Source: Bacteroidales bacterium (lineage in GTDB: Bacteria > Bacteroidota > Bacteroidia > Bacteroidales > JAADJA01). Taken from it: DNA of 64,000 nucleotides. Position numbers and translations under genes: made by a program. Under the pieces are notes generated by a model, which was given only the letters and a program-made list of their open reading frames with translations, did not search any database and was not told the DNA's origin. The DNA is taken from assembly GCA_041393255.1 (NCBI GenBank), contig JAWKKM010000025.1, positions 6,850 through 70,849 on the forward strand. Reading direction: 5' to 3'. Of the stretch, positions 61,916 through 64,000 are shown piece after piece (the stretch's first letter is position 1; every line of letters starts with the position of its first letter).

Positions 61916-62138
61916 GATAACAAATATTTCTGAACATGGCTTTTGGTTGTATTATAACGATAAAGAATTTTTAGTTTCATTTTCTGAGTTTCCTTTGACT
62001 AGGGAATGTAAATTATCAGATATTTTCAATTTTACTGTAGATAAATCCGGGAACTTCCATTGGCCTGTTTTAGATATTGATTTGAATACTGAAATTTTAG
62101 AAAATCCTGAAAAATACCCGCTTACTTTTGAACCTTAA
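61875..62138 (+). CDS. DUF2442 domain protein
   Basis: ITNISEHGFWLYYNDKEFLVSFSEFPLTRECKLSDIFNFTVDKSGNFHWPVLDIDLNTEILENPEKYPL matches the DUF2442 pattern. It overlaps the DUF4160 gene's 3' end, which is the usual paired arrangement. The start codon is uncertain (61860 or 61875). Confidence 0.75.
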   Translation: MKSVKNGKSTSKTEITNISEHGFWLYYNDKEFLVSFSEFPLTRECKLSDIFNFTVDKSGNFHWPVLDIDLNTEILENPEKYPLTFEP

Positions 62139-62163
62139 GAACAAACCATAAATCTATCAACCC

Positions 62164-63917
62164 ATGAAAAGAATTATCATTTGTTTTTTACTTGTAGCCT
62201 TTAACTCTTTACTTTATTCCCAGGAAGAAATTATTGGCGAAACTACATATGATTTGCAAACCAATGGTTCATGTCAGAACCGTATCTACTATTTCGAAGA
62301 TGGATTTATAGGTACAACTATACACCTATGGCATGCAATCTACAATGTGGTCTGACCGCGGCACCGGGTATAATAAATATAATGGTACAACCTGGCAACC
62401 AATTCCTACTGAAAGAATCGAAAGCCAGCGCACAGGATGGCCTTCTTATGCACCATTGGGGGAGAATGGAGAACTCATAGTGGCCCATTTATCAAATGCT
62501 GACATGGATGGCCTTTTATTCAACAAAAGAACTAACAAAGGTGAAGGTGACTGGGAAGAAAGCCTGTTTCAGGGACCTCAAAATCATGAAGATATTGTTT
62601 GGCCCAGAATGGTTACCGGTGGTGAAAATCATAGTCATATTTACTTGATTTCTTTATCCAAACCGATTGCTAATGGTGGAGCAATAAACAATGGTTTAAA
62701 TGGTGCTTTATTATATTCCAGATCAACAGATAGCGGAGAAACCTGGGATATTCAAAATCAAATCCTTCCGGGGATGGACTCAACTCAATATTTAGGTTTT
62801 AAGGGTGACTGCTATGCATTTGCCGAGCCGAAAGATAGCATTGTAGCATTTGTTGTCGGTTCTTATGCCACTGATCTGTTCCTGATGAAATCGGCAGACT
62901 ATGGAGAAACATTTGAAAAAACCATTATATGGGAACATCCCTATCCTTTTTTCGACTTTTCATCAACCATTACATCCGATACCTTTTATAGTGTTGATGG
63001 CTCACTTTCAGTTGCCCTCGATATGTATAATAAAGCTCATGTTGTTTTCGGAATAGTATCCAATCTATTATGATATTGAATGGAGATTCAATAGGTCTAC
63101 AGATGGCGTAGGTTACTGGAATGAAGACATGGAACCATTTTCTTCCAACATCAATGCGTTGAATCCACAAGGAGGTATGGGAAGTGAAATGATTCCAGAT
63201 TATAACCTGGTTGCCTGGTCTCAGGATTTGAATGGTAACGGAGAATTGGATTTTACTGCTTTTGGCAAACATGGTCCTTTTGGCATTTCAAGTATGGTCC
63301 AGATCATTATTGATGAGACGAACAGGATCTTTGTTTGTTATACTTCCATTACCGAAGGTTATCATTTTTATGGGGAGCACTACCGGCGTCTTTGGTTCCG
63401 GACATCATTTGACGGTGGAAATACATGGGGACAGTTCTACCATTACATTCCTGATTATCCTTTTCAGGATATGTTTGATTTTATGTTTCCATCATGCGCC
63501 TATAATACGGATGAAAATATTCACTGCATTTATCTTACCGGATTTGAACCCGGTACATATTGGTTCAGTGGGAACGAAACACCAGAGAATAATATGGTGT
63601 GGTATGCCAAAATCCCAAAAGACGAAATTGTTGGGATAAAACAAAATTACAAATCCGCCACCGATTTTGAAGTTTCCCAAAATTTCCCCAATCCATTTTC
63701 GGAAACAACATCCATAAATGTCAATCTCCAAAAACCGGCTGATATAAATCTTGAAGTGATCAACCTTTTTGGGCAAAAGGTATATGAAACCAACTTACAA
63801 AATGCAAAACCAGGTTTAAACGATTTTACGATTGTCAAAGGGGTTGGCTCATGGAGTTTATTTTTATACGGTAGAAGTTGGTGATACTCTATTACAAAGA
63901 AAATGATTGTTAGGTAA
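62164..63917 (+). pseudogene. BNR/Asp-box beta-propeller T9SS cargo, array paralog P5, several frameshifts
   Basis: Fragments are 62164-62355, 62333-63073 and 63129-63884 (IGETTYDLQTNGSCQNRIYYFEDGFIG, DRGTGYNKYNGTTWQPIP, YSRSTDSGETW, MKSADYGETF, RTSFDGGNTW). The CTD SQNFPNPFSETTSINVNLQKPADINLEVINLFGQKVYETNL.. shifts near 63840 to ..GVYFYTVEVGDTLLQRKMIVR* (stop 63915-63917). Confidence 0.75.
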
Positions 63918-64000
63918 CGATCATTTTTTCTTTGTGGCCTTTCGCATATTTTTTTGCGGTCTTTGCGTGAAATTTTATTCTAAACTATTTATGCTCAACA

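Noticed and set aside
1-64000. Search by eye for tRNA, rRNA, tmRNA and riboswitch signatures in the intergenic regions.
   Set aside because: No T-loop (GGTTCGAATCC-like) contexts occur outside coding sequence and there are no rRNA-like stretches. The structured candidate at 249-343 looks like another REP-type hairpin rather than a known RNA family.

Overview
AT-rich, Bacteroidota-like chromosomal window. The phylum call rests on many T9SS type-A C-terminal sorting domains, a CarboxypepD_reg-type TonB-dependent receptor and Bacteroidota-style REP-like intergenic repeats. Housekeeping and anaerobe-type genes are recognisable: rluB-like pseudouridine synthase, hemW, a DUF362/polyferredoxin pair, ptrB, yjbQ, acpH, iorAB, and disrupted icd and gltA. 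About half the window is secreted or surface cargo, with at least 13 genes carrying a T9SS C-terminal domain (CTD). These include a sortilin/BNR-like propeller, two tandem FG-GAP paralogs, an 1106-aa beta-helix protein, and a ~7-kb cassette duplicated in tandem (lipoprotein, CTD protein, tail-fibre/YadA-like protein, accessory genes). A head-to-tail array of five BNR-like propeller paralogs completes the set. Mobile or repeat content comprises a degraded 884-bp IS5-like element with inverted repeats, a 133-bp palindromic MITE-like element with a 5-bp direct-repeat flank, a 4 x 47-bp REP tandem array and composite hairpin blocks at the cassette borders. The feature least explained by the genes is a run of 13 exactly phased 21-bp palindromic units, directly upstream of a GC-rich 55-codon HTH mini-ORF. 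A strong caveat applies to every pseudogene call. Frame-disrupting indels are very dense but confined to contiguous blocks that ignore gene boundaries, while 2-3.3 kb ORFs elsewhere are intact. Many pseudogene calls may therefore be assembly or polishing artefacts. No tRNA, rRNA, CRISPR array, cas gene or recognisable defence system was seen by eye.
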